The translations under genes and the position numbers were made by a program. A DNA stretch of 63,067 bases, the filler included, from Stramenopiles sp. TOSAG23-6 (lineage: Eukaryota): assembly GCA_900128565.1 (NCBI GenBank). It is 11 parts of 11 records of this genome, joined end to end, with 100 filler letters (N's around TTAATTAATTAA, not from the genome) between each part and the next. Parts side by side here need not be neighbours in the genome. Positions count along the whole stretch, not along the records: positions 34,518 to 40,160 come from LT636863.1; positions 40,261 to 45,895 come from LT636864.1; positions 45,996 to 51,625 come from LT636865.1; 8 more parts are not named here. One strand, 5' to 3'. The notes under the pieces were generated by a model. That model had not been told where the DNA came from and did no database searches. It saw only the letters and a list, made by a program, of their open reading frames with translations. Of this stretch, positions 37,226 to 48,982 are shown one piece after another. How positions within the stretch are numbered: position 1 is the stretch's first letter; each line of letters begins with the position of its first letter.

Positions 37226-37478
37226 AACCCTAATGTGTACATCAAAGCAAACATAGACGAGAGAGTAAACCTGTAAGTTGTAATAATAACCCTAACCCTA
37301 ATGTGTACATCGAAGCAAACATAAACGAGAGAGTAAACCTGTAAGTTGTAATAATAACCCTGACCTAATGTGTACATCGAAGCAAACATAAACGAGAGAG
37401 TAAGTTGTAATAATAACCCTAACCCTAATGTGTACATCGAAGCAAACATAAACGAGAGAGTAAACCTGTAAGTTGTAA
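37226..37478. repeat. About 4 tandem copies (~60-70 bp) of the RFC2 3' end
   Basis: Unit cctaatgtgtacatcgaagcaaacataaacgagagagtaaacctgtaagttgtaa. Confidence 0.9.
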
Positions 37479-37787
37479 AACTGTTGTCAATCCTTCTGCG
37501 ATACGTAAATGAGTTTTTCCAATTTCACGGATGAAATTCAACTTTACGTCCTCAGGAATATCAAGCAGTTTTGTGACACGAAATATCGTGCCTATAATAT
37601 CGGACGCAGCGTATCCCTTCTGCCAAAGTAATTGAAGATTAGCATTTGCCTTTTTTAAATTTGCTTCATAACAAGATTTCATCATTTCTTGGACTACTTT
37701 TGGATGAGGTTGATCACAAACTTTGAAAACATTTTTGCTGTTGACAAAGTCAAAACCAGCTTTTGTAGCTTGAAGATTATTGAGAGC
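37425..37787 (-). CDS. RFC2: Replication factor C small subunit (human RFC2 / yeast Rfc4), last exon
   Basis: ALNNLQAT..VFKVCDQPHP..GYAASDIIGTIFRV..IREIGKTHLRIAEG. Confidence 0.9.
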   Translation of the reverse strand, partial: ALNNLQATKAGFDFVNSKNVFKVCDQPHPKVVQEMMKSCYEANLKKANANLQLLWQKGYAASDIIGTIFRVTKLLDIPEDVKLNFIREIGKTHLRIAEGLTTVLQLTGLLSRLCLLRCTH

Positions 37788-37885
37788 ATGTACTGTGAAA
37801 AAATATTTCAAAAAAAAAAAGAAAAAGTCGTTAGGTACAAAATTCCGTACGAAAATAAAATCTGAAATGAATGATGAAAACATAC
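37788..37885 (-). mobile_element. GT-AT introner intron at the SWR1 / RFC2 junction
   Basis: aAT|GTATGT..TACCTAAC..cagtacAT|gct. Confidence 0.8.
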
Positions 37886-40160
37886 ATTAATCTCTGACGT
37901 TCTTCCACTTTCGTACTACCATCAAGTCGAACATAAGTATGTCCATGTNAATTCAGAAATATTTCTAAAACATTCAACATCTTTGTCATTTGTGTAAAAA
38001 TTAAAACTTTTGAATTTTGAGATTTCAATTTTCTCAGCAAAGGATCTAAAACTTGAAATTTACCACAGTCCCATTGAACTAAACGTTTATCCGGAAATAA
38101 AAGAGATTGGCGACGTAACCATTCATAATGAATTTCACGCCATTGGTGTAAAGCATTTTGTACAATACTATTATCTATATTTGATAATGCAGTACTTATT
38201 TCAAGAGGAACGGACCTGCCTGGTGTATCAATTTGTGGAATACTTTCTGACGGTTTTACTTTGGGAACAACTGACGTGAATTTTTGTGTTAAAATTGTAC
38301 CCATTTTCATTCTTTTTCTATAAGAATTAATCAAACCAATAGAATTATTAATAGAATCATCAACACCAAAATTTTTCCATAATAATTGATGCTTTAATAA
38401 AACATGTACACTATGACGTACATCTTTACCATATATAGGTTGTTGCTCAAGACGTAATTGATTAATACGTGAATTACGCATCCATCTATACTTCATTTCA
38501 TTGTCTTGTTTTTGTTTATACTGAAAATATGATGAGTATAATACTGAAGATTTTGGTACACCATAAAGTGTATCATTTTGATTTTGATTTTTCCACAGTG
38601 ATGATAATTTCTCTACTGTGGGACATAGCTCAAGCGCGCGAGATGAAGAAAAACTCGATTTTGATGTATTTGCTGATACATTAAAATGTATTGCTATAAG
38701 AATTTGTTTTTGTGTTTTTGAAAGATGAGAGGTTTCTGTTTCTGCAAAATGATTAGATGAACTATTGTGAATATCCATTATCAACCTAGGAAATGTCATA
38801 CATAATGGTGGAGGACAAAACGAAGACTCGATAAGTCTTTCTTCAAATAAATCTGGGTGATTACATACTTTACGCAGCTGCATCAACACACCCATCATAC
38901 TAATCACACTACCTCCTGATAGAGCAGCTCTTGTTGAACCTCTTGCCATAAAATCTTCATATAGAAATTGTTGACGTCGTGATAGCTGGCATTTAACAAC
39001 ATGTACTGTGAAAATATGTCTTAATAGTTTGGAATTCGTTAGGTATTGGATTTGAAATTATACAAATATTAAACAAATACGACACAAACAAATACTAAAA
39101 TTACTGATGAAAACATACATGTTCATATTTACCAGGTAATTCCTTTGCAACATCTTGTTTTAAACGACGTAAAAGAAAAGGACGAATAATTCCGTGTAAT
39201 CGTGAAATAACAGTTTCATTCACTGCAGTTTTACCCTCCACCATACCTGTCAATGGATTCGAAAACCAATATTTAAACTCACCACGTGAACGAAATATTG
39301 AAGGCATTAAAAAGTGCATTAAACTCCAAAGTTCCATTAAACTATTTTGTAATGGTGTTCCAGTGAGTAATAAACGTCTCTTCGTATTGAAATGTAATAA
39401 AGTTTGCCAGCGTTGAGATTGAAAATTTTTAATATTTTGTGCCTCATCGAGAATCATATAATACCATCGCTTACGACGAAAAGCATGGGCATCTTGGACA
39501 ACTAATTGATACGAAGTGATACATATATGAAAACTATTAAATTTTGACCACCCTTTTCGTTTCGTCGCACGTTGTTTTGCAGATCCATAATAAGTAATCA
39601 TATATTGTAAGAAATATGTGTACAATTTGAAAATTGTTAGATATAAAAAAAGTTTCACTTTGAATTTTTCATATGAAAATAAAATGAATAATGAAAATAA
39701 AATGAATAATGAAAACGTACACTTTAAAAGATGGACACCATTTCTTGATTTCCTGTTCCCAATTGACTATTACACTAGTTGGAACAATAATTAAATGAGG
39801 ACCCCACGCTGCTCTACTACTTGCTAAATACGCTAATAAAGTAATTGTTTGAATTGTTTTACCTAAACCCATTTCATCTGCTAAGATACCATTCAAACGA
39901 CGATCATGCATTGACACAAGCCAATCAACACCAGCACGTTGATAATTACGTAATGTTAGTTTTGGTGCAAGTAAAAATGGAACAGACACAGTGTACTTAC
40001 CAGATTTCAGATTCTCAGGAGTTTGCGTCGTTGATAACGGTTGTATTTGCTTTTCTATGGCACTATCATCATCATCTGTATATTCACAATTATCAACATC
40101 AGTATCACTATCAGACGATAAATCTCTATGTGCACCACCACCATATCGTTTTATTAATTC
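37886..40160 (-). CDS. SWR1: SWR1/SRCAP SNF2 ATPase, central exons (40160-39721, 39599-39119, 39000-37886)
   Basis: NGILADEMGLGKTIQT, ILDEAQNIKNF, LMQLRKVCNHPDLFE, DCGKFQVL, YVRLDGSTKVEERQRLM. Confidence 0.92.
39001..39118 (-). mobile_element. GT-AT introner intron (SWR1)
   Basis: cAT|GTATGT..TACCTAAC..cagtacAT|gtt; restores KYEHVVKCQLSRRQ. Confidence 0.88.
39600..39720 (-). mobile_element. GT-AT intron (SWR1)
   Basis: aGT|GTACGT..TATCTAAC..caatatAT|gat; restores FKVITYYG. Confidence 0.8.
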
Positions 40161-40345
40161 NNNNNNNNNNNNNNNNNNNNNNNNNNNNNNNNNNNNNNNN
40201 NNNNTTAATTAATTAANNNNNNNNNNNNNNNNNNNNNNNNNNNNNNNNNNNNNNNNNNNNAAAAATCTAAAAAAAATTGTTAGGTACAAAATTTCGTACG
40301 AAAAAATAAATTCGATTTTTTTGTTAAAAAAAAAATAAAACATAC

Positions 40346-40893
40346 ATTATCCCAGATGATCGAAATACTCCGATGAAACAGATCAAAGTAATAATGAAAA
40401 GTACACAAGAACTAACAACGATTTCAATCCAACTTCCAGGAGGATTCCATGCAAAAATATTTACACTGCTACGTAAACCAAGCTCAGAGACCAAAATCTC
40501 TGAAAAACCATTAAGATAGAATGCAGTGCCAACTATATAGGACGCATAAAATAATAATCCAATTAACAAAGTAAATTCTTCATTTAAATCATTTAAAGTA
40601 TTAGTAATTGTTTCATACATGGTTCCGGCATAAACATTTTGGCGAATATGTACATTTGTGATGAGGGCACATAGTGAAAGAGTAGTCAAAAAGGTTATTA
40701 TAAAACCAGTAAGAAGCATAAGTAGAGTCCCTTTGAAACCGGCAATACCAACGACAAAACCCATACGCAAGAACAAAATAACACCAAAGAGAGTTGATAA
40801 ACATGGTACAAATACACCAAGAAAAGTACCCAGCTTTTTTGTGTTTGATCGACGGAGTACGGTTGAAAACCCGTGGGAAAGTTGAGTTGACAT
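40346..40893 (-). CDS. SLC12 cation-chloride cotransporter, first exon
   Basis: KKLGTFLGVFVPCL..GVILFLRMGFVVGIAG; donor GTATGT at 40345. Confidence 0.85.
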
Positions 40894-41372
40894 TTTGCCA
40901 AGTTGATATCTTTTTTTTCAAATGAAAAAGACGATTCAATTCGTCCAACGCACAACACAAATATCTCAATGTATATATTAGCTACGCAAAACAATACTAG
41001 TGCCCAGACAAATAAACAAGACAATCAATCATGCCTCATTGATTAGCAATCGTACTGGTGGATTTTCGTTAAACTAGCTTATTATTACTGAATAATTTGT
41101 TGTTGGTGGTGGTTGACAACGCAAAATCAATCAAATGACAGCAGTAGCGAAATTCGAACCCGCCGCGGTTTTAATGACTTTTGTTTTGAGTCTTGACTGA
41201 CGTTTTTTGCCTGTTTTTCGTGCATTTTTTACTATGCAGCTGCACTTGCGCTTGATTTGCTATTTTTTAATTTGTTTTTTTGTGTTTACTGTTTAGTTTA
41301 CACAAAAAGCGCACCGATACGGTTCTTTTACACTTTTTACATGCTATAGACTATAGTATCTACACATAAAAA

Positions 41373-42305
41373 ATGATGATAAGATCATTTGTACTATTAA
41401 TGTTACTTTGTACTTATTGCGCTGAAGGTACTCTTTCTGAAGAATATCGTGTTTTAAGGAAATTCTCTGTAAGACCTTCGAGTTGGAATGACGGTGACAA
41501 TGTTTGCGCATTTGATGGTGTAATATGTGATATGCAAGGCACTACTATCGTTGAGTTGAACTTGGAAAACTACCAACTAACTGGTTCAATTCCAACGGAA
41601 ATTGGTCAACTAACAAATCTAACATATTTGAACTTGTCTTCTAACAAGTTTTCTGGTCCAATACCAACGGAAGTTGGTCAACTATCAAATCTTGAATATT
41701 TGAAGTTGTCTAACAACAACCTATCTGGTGAAATACCAAATGAAATTGGTCAACTAAGAAAACTTATTAGTTTGTACTTGGGTGACAACCAATTATCTGG
41801 AATACCAAAGGAAATTGGTCAACTAACAAATCTTGAAAGATTAAATTTGGAACTCAACCAACTATCTGGTTCAATTCCAAGTGAAATTGGTCAACTAACA
41901 AAACTCAGAATTTTGTACTTGTCTAACAACAACCTATCTGGTTTAATACCAAAGAAAATTGGTCAACTGACAAATCTCGAGAAGTTGTACTTGCATGGAA
42001 ACAACCTATCTGGTGAAATTCCAAAGGAAATTGCGGAATTAAAAAAACTCAAATATTTGGACTTGACAGGCAACGTCGATTTATGTAGCCCCGCGGGCAC
42101 TTTTTGGAATGATTTTTGTTACGATGTTGAGAAAAAATGGAAGGATGCTGTCAAATCCGATAAATGTAAGGTATCATTTACTGGGGCTGTGGGTGAAAAG
42201 TATGATAAGTGTCCACCTCCATCAGTGAGATCAGTGAGTGGATCTACTTCAACTGTATCATTTTCAATAACATTTTTGAGTTTTATTGTTGCAGTTTTAT
42301 TGTAA
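41373..42305 (+). CDS. Secreted, probably GPI-anchored leucine-rich-repeat protein
   Basis: Signal peptide, ~7 24-aa LRRs (IPxEIGQLTNLxxLxLxxNxLSG), Ser-rich plus hydrophobic C-terminus. Confidence 0.88.
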   Translation: MMIRSFVLLMLLCTYCAEGTLSEEYRVLRKFSVRPSSWNDGDNVCAFDGVICDMQGTTIVELNLENYQLTGSIPTEIGQLTNLTYLNLSSNKFSGPIPTEVGQLSNLEYLKLSNNNLSGEIPNEIGQLRKLISLYLGDNQLSGIPKEIGQLTNLERLNLELNQLSGSIPSEIGQLTKLRILYLSNNNLSGLIPKKIGQLTNLEKLYLHGNNLSGEIPKEIAELKKLKYLDLTGNVDLCSPAGTFWNDFCYDVEKKWKDAVKSDKCKVSFTGAVGEKYDKCPPPSVRSVSGSTSTVSFSITFLSFIVAVLL

Positions 42306-42773
42306 GTAGTATTACACTCTACAAATGTAATGCATAACTGAAATAGTGTATTTATTTTACCCATGTGGTGTATAATAGTTTTACTGGTGAAACCGACTTG
42401 ACCTTTCTATTGATAATAATAAATATTACTAAGAATTATTCTTCATTTATTCATTTTCAAAAATGTTAAAACTTAAATGTATAAACTTGATTGATCATAA
42501 ATAATAAAAAAGCAGGTTTCCTCAATCATTTTTTTTTTTGTATTTAGAGTTAAACTATCAGTAAAAAACACTTTTCACTCACCTTTCACAAATTCGCGTT
42601 GAAATGACATCCCCGCCGCGTGACCAAATACTAAAAAATTTTTGCGGTTTTCGTGATTGTGCTGTCTAAAAAATTAGTTCTCCTCACCACACACGTAATA
42701 AAAACATGTGATAAAATACAATCTTACATTAAATAACGCTTTCATTATATTATATATTAAATAAAGCACTATC

Positions 42774-43355
42774 TTAACTACTGAGCACAGGATATAATCC
42801 ACTCACAACATCATAAAACATGCGAAAATCTCCAAACAAACTAAAAATTGGGTAAACAAAAGTGGCAGGTTTGTTCTGTTCTATGAATTTATGGGCAAAC
42901 CAGGCAAAGCCATAACCAAAAATCAACGTTCGAAGTGCAGATTTGGTAGATCTTTGTATAAAAGAAGAGAGTAGAAAACTAGAAACAGCGGCTCCAAACT
43001 CAAAAAAACCATTTTCCAATTCCATGCTGAGTCGAAACACCAGTAAACCGACAATCAATGCGATTTCTCCACATAAAATTAATTTTGGTTCGTACATAAT
43101 GTTACCGAGTACAATTGTCGTACCAAGGGCATGCAACAATTTTGTTTCTGGTTGGGAATGTTGACTTAGATAGAATGGGTAAAATTGTTCAAAAGTTTTA
43201 TACGGCTTTGTTGACGCCTGTGTATGTGGATTTGGTGGATACTGGAGAAGTATTGCGATGATACTGGATAATAACGCGACTGATATCATGAATGAGACTA
43301 ACCCCCAGCCTTTATACGCAAGAACAAAATAAAACGAAAGAGAGTTGATAAACAT
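42774..43355 (-). CDS. DUF962/Mpo1-like membrane protein
   Basis: FEQFYPFYLSQHS..LHALGT, GYGFAWFAHKFIEQNKPATFVYPIFSLFGDF. Confidence 0.85.
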   Translation of the reverse strand: MFINSLSFYFVLAYKGWGLVSFMISVALLSSIIAILLQYPPNPHTQASTKPYKTFEQFYPFYLSQHSQPETKLLHALGTTIVLGNIMYEPKLILCGEIALIVGLLVFRLSMELENGFFEFGAAVSSFLLSSFIQRSTKSALRTLIFGYGFAWFAHKFIEQNKPATFVYPIFSLFGDFRMFYDVVSGLYPVLSS

Positions 43356-43651
43356 GGTACAAATACACCAAGAAAAGTACCCAGCTTTCGCGAGAATTTC
43401 ACTTAAATTTCACTTCAAAGAACAATGAAAAAACATCTGACTTGGCTCACGATTTTTCGTGATGGATGACGACATCAAACATCATCAAAACGCCACTAAC
43501 CTTGAATCTTGATGGTCTTACTTTTTTTTACGTAAATTTAAAATTTCAATCGAAATTTGCGAAGATTTTTACGCAAAGAAAAAATGCAGACCTCAAATTG
43601 CAATATTTAAATCACACTATTCTCCATTTGATATTTTCAATTGCATAACCA

Positions 43652-44446
43652 ATGCGAATCTTTCTCAAGTTTCTCACTGGTAAGACAATTACAATCGACT
43701 GTGAGGCTACTGATACAATCAGGTCAGTGAAGCAAAAAGTTAAAGAGGAGACATGCTATATGGTAATACATAGGCAACGTCTTATATTTTCAGGCCGTAA
43801 CCTTTTGCATACACTCTCACAAACACTAAAGGATTATAATATCGAGGATGGAAGTACTATCTATGTGACGTATATTTTGCGTGGCATGATTAGTAGTTTC
43901 ACAGATATTAATATTGACGATCCAGCAGTTAATTATTTATATCTAGACGACGAAAAGCGAATCACTAGCTCACCACCGTCCGTAGAACTACTCGAAAAAT
44001 TATGCGGAAAACATAAAGCGTCAAAGACAAAGGATTTTGAGCTCCATGGTGAAAGTTCCCATCCGTTTACCCCCCTAATGAGAGAAAAATGTAAAAAGTT
44101 TATGGATGCTACTGCATTCATGAGTAAAGCTGTGGGTGATTTTGACTTTCGAGACCTCAAAATTGTTTTTGAAGATGATGTTTCTGCTTTTTCTAGACTG
44201 TTTGGGTGGGAAGAAAATGTTTCACAAAGACTTATAAATACATTATGTACGTTTTCATTATGAATTTCAAATTTATTTATTTTACATACGAAATTTTGTA
44301 CCTAACAAAGTTTTTTAAGTGTGTCTTTTTTCTTCCAAAATACATATGATCTAAAAACCACAACAATGACTCATTCAAAGATTGCTCTACGCCGAACTGA
44401 AGGTCCAGTTGAGGGGTGTATTGGTTTTCATTGCGATGGAGGGCAT
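43652..44446 (+). CDS. Ubiquitin-like-domain protein with possible 2OG-Fe(II) oxygenase domain, 3'-truncated
   Basis: MRIFLKFLTGKTITI..QRLIFSG..LRG, then IALRRTEG..CIGFHCD (HxD). Confidence 0.7.
44247..44345 (+). mobile_element. GT-AT introner intron
   Basis: tAT|GTACGT..TACCTAAC..caaaatacAT|atg; in frame. Confidence 0.85.
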
Positions 44447-44566
44447 GTAGGTTTTTTTTTTTTTTTTNTCATAGAAAATTTTGTGCCTACACAAAAAAAA
44501 TTTTTTTTTTTTTTTACAAACAAAAAAAAAAAAAAAAAATTTTTGAAATATTTTTCCAAAATACAT
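44447..44566 (+). mobile_element. GT-AT intron, likely chimeric, low-quality interior
   Basis: cAT|GTAGGT..ccaaaatacAT|caa. Confidence 0.65.
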
Positions 44567-44747
44567 CAAACAAGACAAAAAAAAATGTTGATTACAAACA
44601 ATTTTCGAGATGATGATGAATTGCGGTATTTCGTGTCATGGTTTTTCTTGCTTGGTGGTTGCAATGTTGGAAAATCTGGAAATGAATCCTCATTTCAAAA
44701 ATATATAGATTATAAAAGTGTAGCTAATTCAATTGTGGATACATCAT

Positions 44748-44770
44748 GTATGTTGTTCATCAAAAATATC

Positions 44771-44811
<41 letters not shown>

Positions 44812-44864
44812 TTTTTTACCAAAAAAAAAAAAAAAAAAAAAAAAAATATTATTCTATTCTACAT
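44748..44864 (+). mobile_element. GT-AT intron, likely chimeric (phase mismatch)
   Basis: cAT|GTATGT..ttctacAT|tgg. Confidence 0.55.
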
Positions 44865-45804
44865 TGGTTATGTCTTTCAAAACGATCTGATGTATTGAAT
44901 AACACGAATTCTCTAGATATGAATCATTTGGATGAAATAAATATGACTGGAAATCCTCAATTAAATCAATTTAGTTGCAATGATAGTGAACTGGGAGGAC
45001 AAAATCATCGAGTACCAAATTTTGTACCTAACAAATTTCAAAATTTTAAAAAGAGAATTCGACCAATTTTATTCACATGTACGTTTTATTTTTTTGAAAA
45101 TTTGAATTTTTTTTTCGTAGTAAATTTTGTACCTAACAATTTTTTGATTTTTTTTCTAAAAATATTTTTCCAAAATATATGGTTTATAACTCAGATCTTT
45201 ATATTAATTGGACAAGTAGATCTTTTAGCCCCGATTGTTTCTGTTGTATTTTTGTATACTTTTCTTGTACTTAATATGACATGTTTAACATTAGAGTGGA
45301 GTAAGTCAAGAGAATCCTTTCAGCCAACATTTAGAATGTATTCATGTACGTTTTCATCTTTTTTTTTTTTTTTTTTTTTTTTTACGAAATTTCGTACCTA
45401 AAAAAAAAAAAAAAAAAAAAATATTTTGAAAAAAAAAAATATTTTTATAGTATACAGGGTTTTCATCTTTTTTTTTTTTTTCATCATTTTTTTAATAGTT
45501 AATTTCGTACCTAACAAAAAACCAAAAATATATATATTTATAGTATACAGGGTTCACTTCATTGTGTGGATCAATTTTATGTTTTGGTGCTATATTAATA
45601 TCACAACATTACATTATATCCCTTTTGATGATTGCTCTAATTGTCTCTGGGTTACTATTTAGAAAAAACAAATTAATAAACCGTTGGTCGCCAACGACGT
45701 TTTCTACTGATTCTCCTCATAATATGAAACGTTTGACCAAACAAAATTATAACATAAATGTACAACCAACAATGGATGACACAAATGTCAAAAATTCAGT
45801 TTTA
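44865..45804 (+). CDS. SLC12 cotransporter internal exons (44865-45078, 45181-45345, 45551-~45804)
   Basis: LFTWFITQIFILIGQVDLLAPIVSVVFL..LEWS..FQPTFRMYSWFTSLCG. Confidence 0.75.
45079..45180 (+). mobile_element. GT-AT introner intron (SLC12)
   Basis: cAT|GTACGT..TACCTAAC..caaaatatAT|ggt; restores FTWF. Confidence 0.85.
45346..45550 (+). mobile_element. Family intron ending in AG, appears tandemly doubled
   Basis: cAT|GTACGT..tagtatacAG twice; the second acceptor restores YSWFTSLCG. Confidence 0.65.
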
Positions 45805-45841
45805 GTGTGTGTTTTATTTATTTATTTTTTTTTTTTTACCG

Positions 45842-45872
<31 letters not shown>

Positions 45873-46061
45873 TTTTTTTTTTTTTTTTTTTTTTTNNNNN
45901 NNNNNNNNNNNNNNNNNNNNNNNNNNNNNNNNNNNNNNNTTAATTAATTAANNNNNNNNNNNNNNNNNNNNNNNNNNNNNNNNNNNNNNNNNNNNTTAGG
46001 TACAAAATTTCGTACGAAAAAAAAAATTCGATTTTTTTGTAAAAAAAAAAATAACACATAC

Positions 46062-46987
46062 ATGAGAGTTCTGCGCTGCGTAATGGATGACTGAGAAACC
46101 AGCTGGAGTGACTATGTGCAGATCAGCACCTCCAGCAACTAGTAGCTGAACAACTTGAATGTTGCCTTTGGATGTTGCCATCATGTGCTATGAAACATAT
46201 TTTGGAAATTGGATATTTGTTAGGTATGAAATTTTCGTAATAAAAATAATGTAGGTAAAGAATTAACAAAGACAACCTACATTATCGCGGTTTCACCATC
46301 TGAGTTTAATCCATTAACATCAGCATCACTTTCAGTAAGGAGTATTTCCAAGCATTCTAAGTGACTTCCATTAACATCAAGAAATGCTGCCCAGTGGAGC
46401 GCAAGACTTTTTTTATTATCTATCGCAGGAGTATTTGCACTCTCACCAGCTGCAATACAGTTTTTTAGTGCTTCAGGATCACACATTTTCACAGCAGTAA
46501 CAATTTTTGGGTCCATTTGATCAGACTGTTCACTAAGATTACCCTTACCAGCAAGTCCACCAGTACCGGCTTCCCCATTTTTACCACTTACTAGCTCACC
46601 ATCGTTTTCCTTTGGGGCACCAACGTCAGAAGAAAGTTTCTGTTTTTCCGTTTCTTCCGGTTTCAGTCCTAATCTTCTTGTTTGAGCACTACACGCGGCG
46701 CGGACACGAGCAACACGGTTTTTTTGTGGAAACGGATTTTGCGAAGGTAGTGACACCATTTGATTGCACGATGTACACATTACGAACGCAGCCTTTAAAG
46801 GTATTACAAACCGGAAGCGCGCTTCGCAGTTTGGACATACAGCAATCAAACTCGTCCGCATTTTCAGGAGACTCATAACATCAACTTTGGGTGGAAGTTC
46901 TTTATCCATAGAGGGCACTACGGTGGAAAGCTTACTATATTTGTGTCCTCCACATTCCTTTCCACCATGGCAATGCCCATGAGACAT
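46062..46987 (-). CDS. Zn-ribbon plus ankyrin-repeat protein, 3'-truncated
   Basis: CPNC..CTSC; ALHWAA, ADVNGLNSDGETAIMMA, SVIHYAA. Confidence 0.75.
46183..46280 (-). mobile_element. GT-AT introner intron
   Basis: aAT|GTAGGT..TACCTAAC..agcacAT|gat; restores ankyrin GETAIMMA. Confidence 0.85.
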
Positions 46988-47304
46988 TGTGTGGCAGGTG
47001 CAAAAAAATCAATAATAGTTGAGATCTCGATCCAGATTTGATCGACGAGAAAAGAGTTTCAAAGCGAAAAAAACCTAATATTACCGACAAACCTGCTGCA
47101 TCAGGACAAAAATCACAAAAAATTGTCATGTATTTGAGATTTTTTTTTACGATACTTTTTCAATTTTCAATATCTACGCGCACCTAACGATTAAATTTAT
47201 CTGTGTGTCGCAACAATTTATCTGTGTGTCGCAACAATGCGAAAATATTCAATATACCAAGCCTCCGTCATTTCGGCTTGATAAAAGTATTTATAAAAGT
47301 AGTA

Positions 47305-48894
47305 ATGTCTCGTGGACCACCATCTAGAAGCTTTCACGGTCGAGGTCCTCCACGTAGATTACCCCCTCGTCCCAACAGTAGACCTTCCCCTGGTTCTTCG
47401 CGTTCTGCTGGTGAATATTATGATGGTAATAACGCTACAGCGAGAAGAGATTCTCGTCCAGCACGTGGACCTGTACGTTCTCCAAATTACTCCACTCATG
47501 ATAGACGAATGGATGGTCCTGGTAATCGTCGTAATCCTCCCCCTGGTCGCCACTTCCAGACGCCTCCAATGTCAGGAAATCGGACAGTTCAAAGAAGAGC
47601 TTTTTCAGGCCCAGAAATACCAGGCAACGGCCTGCAAGGTACAATTAATCGACTTGGAGACTCAAAAGATCGTAACTATGAGAGAATAAATCGCCATTCT
47701 TCCGAAAGATCTGATGCTTCAACTTCTGGTGGTTGGACAGTGAACAGGAACAACCCTAATAGGAATGGTATTCGTCAACAGTATTCGAGCCCTGCTGACA
47801 GAGAAATCAATGATGATAGACGTCGTTTATCCTCAAATAGACCTGTTCATTCTGATAGGCGTGAACCTATACAAAACAATAGGCTTAATAGATTTCGAGA
47901 AACTCCTCCGGATAGAGGACAACAAAGAAATCGAAATAGACAAAGCTACGACTCTGATTGGAAGAATAGACCACATAAAACACGAAATAGAGAGGACAAA
48001 ACTCATTGGTCACATACACGAGGAAGGAATATGTCACCACAATTGGATAATCACCGAAATGTGTATAAACAAAGTAGTAATCAAATTCAACGACAAAATT
48101 CGCCGGGATATCGACAAAGTAATAGTAGGAATGAGAGTAATTCAAACAATTCTCCGGGTGTAATTTCAAGGTCTACACCTAGAAACTCTTCGAATCAAAG
48201 TATACATATGGATAATGCTGGAAATGGGAGTGTATCAATGTCCAGAAGTGTAAGCTCCGCTCGTCACCCATTAAAAAGTATTGCGGAAAGAAAACGTGAA
48301 ATAGCTCAACGTCTTGAGGAAATTGAAGTGAAGAAACAAAAACAGCAACAAACTATGAGTCGAAATATAAGTCGTTCAAGTGATCAAATAATTAATGATC
48401 ACAGTAGAGACAGGGGGTATAACAATTCCCGAACAAGATATAGAGAATCGAGAAAAAACTCACCGTTCCCTCCGGAGAATATGAGCTATTCTACATCACA
48501 AAAGCGCGCAAATAATTCAGAAGATTTTGCAAATGAACCTTTTAGAAAACGAAGTCGCTACGACAATTCGTATAGGGCATCTCCTCGAGGGCATCGACTC
48601 CAAAATGTGGAAACATCTCATATGAATTCTCTTGGGAAAGCAAATAATCGTAATTTTCAAATAGATAGAACGGGTGCGATTGATCCTGTAGCCTCCCCAT
48701 CAGCTGTCATTCCCCTTCCATCGAATGTACAAATTATTTACGATTCAGTTTTTAAAGGCCTTGAATTTTATGCAAAATCATTAATATCTAAATTCAAGTA
48801 TATCCAGAAAAAGAATAGACTTGTTGATATCCGTAAGCATATTGATATATTGGAAAAGTCTGACTTAACAGCAATGAGTGGAGTGGGTAAATAA
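47305..48894 (+). CDS. R/S/N-rich disordered protein
   Basis: Long ORF; first ATG in frame at 47305. Confidence 0.7.
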   Translation: MSRGPPSRSFHGRGPPRRLPPRPNSRPSPGSSRSAGEYYDGNNATARRDSRPARGPVRSPNYSTHDRRMDGPGNRRNPPPGRHFQTPPMSGNRTVQRRAFSGPEIPGNGLQGTINRLGDSKDRNYERINRHSSERSDASTSGGWTVNRNNPNRNGIRQQYSSPADREINDDRRRLSSNRPVHSDRREPIQNNRLNRFRETPPDRGQQRNRNRQSYDSDWKNRPHKTRNREDKTHWSHTRGRNMSPQLDNHRNVYKQSSNQIQRQNSPGYRQSNSRNESNSNNSPGVISRSTPRNSSNQSIHMDNAGNGSVSMSRSVSSARHPLKSIAERKREIAQRLEEIEVKKQKQQQTMSRNISRSSDQIINDHSRDRGYNNSRTRYRESRKNSPFPPENMSYSTSQKRANNSEDFANEPFRKRSRYDNSYRASPRGHRLQNVETSHMNSLGKANNRNFQIDRTGAIDPVASPSAVIPLPSNVQIIYDSVFKGLEFYAKSLISKFKYIQKKNRLVDIRKHIDILEKSDLTAMSGVGK

Positions 48895-48982
48895 AATTAA
48901 CAATCACGAATAATCAATTGATGAAGAATTTTTATTTTTTTCTATACAGTACAATTACGTAGACATAGGACATAGTAGAAAT

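Noticed and set aside
48887-48949. Possible conventional GT-AG intron at the end of the R/S-rich gene
   Set aside because: No homology to test it, and it would add only a few codons; unsupported.
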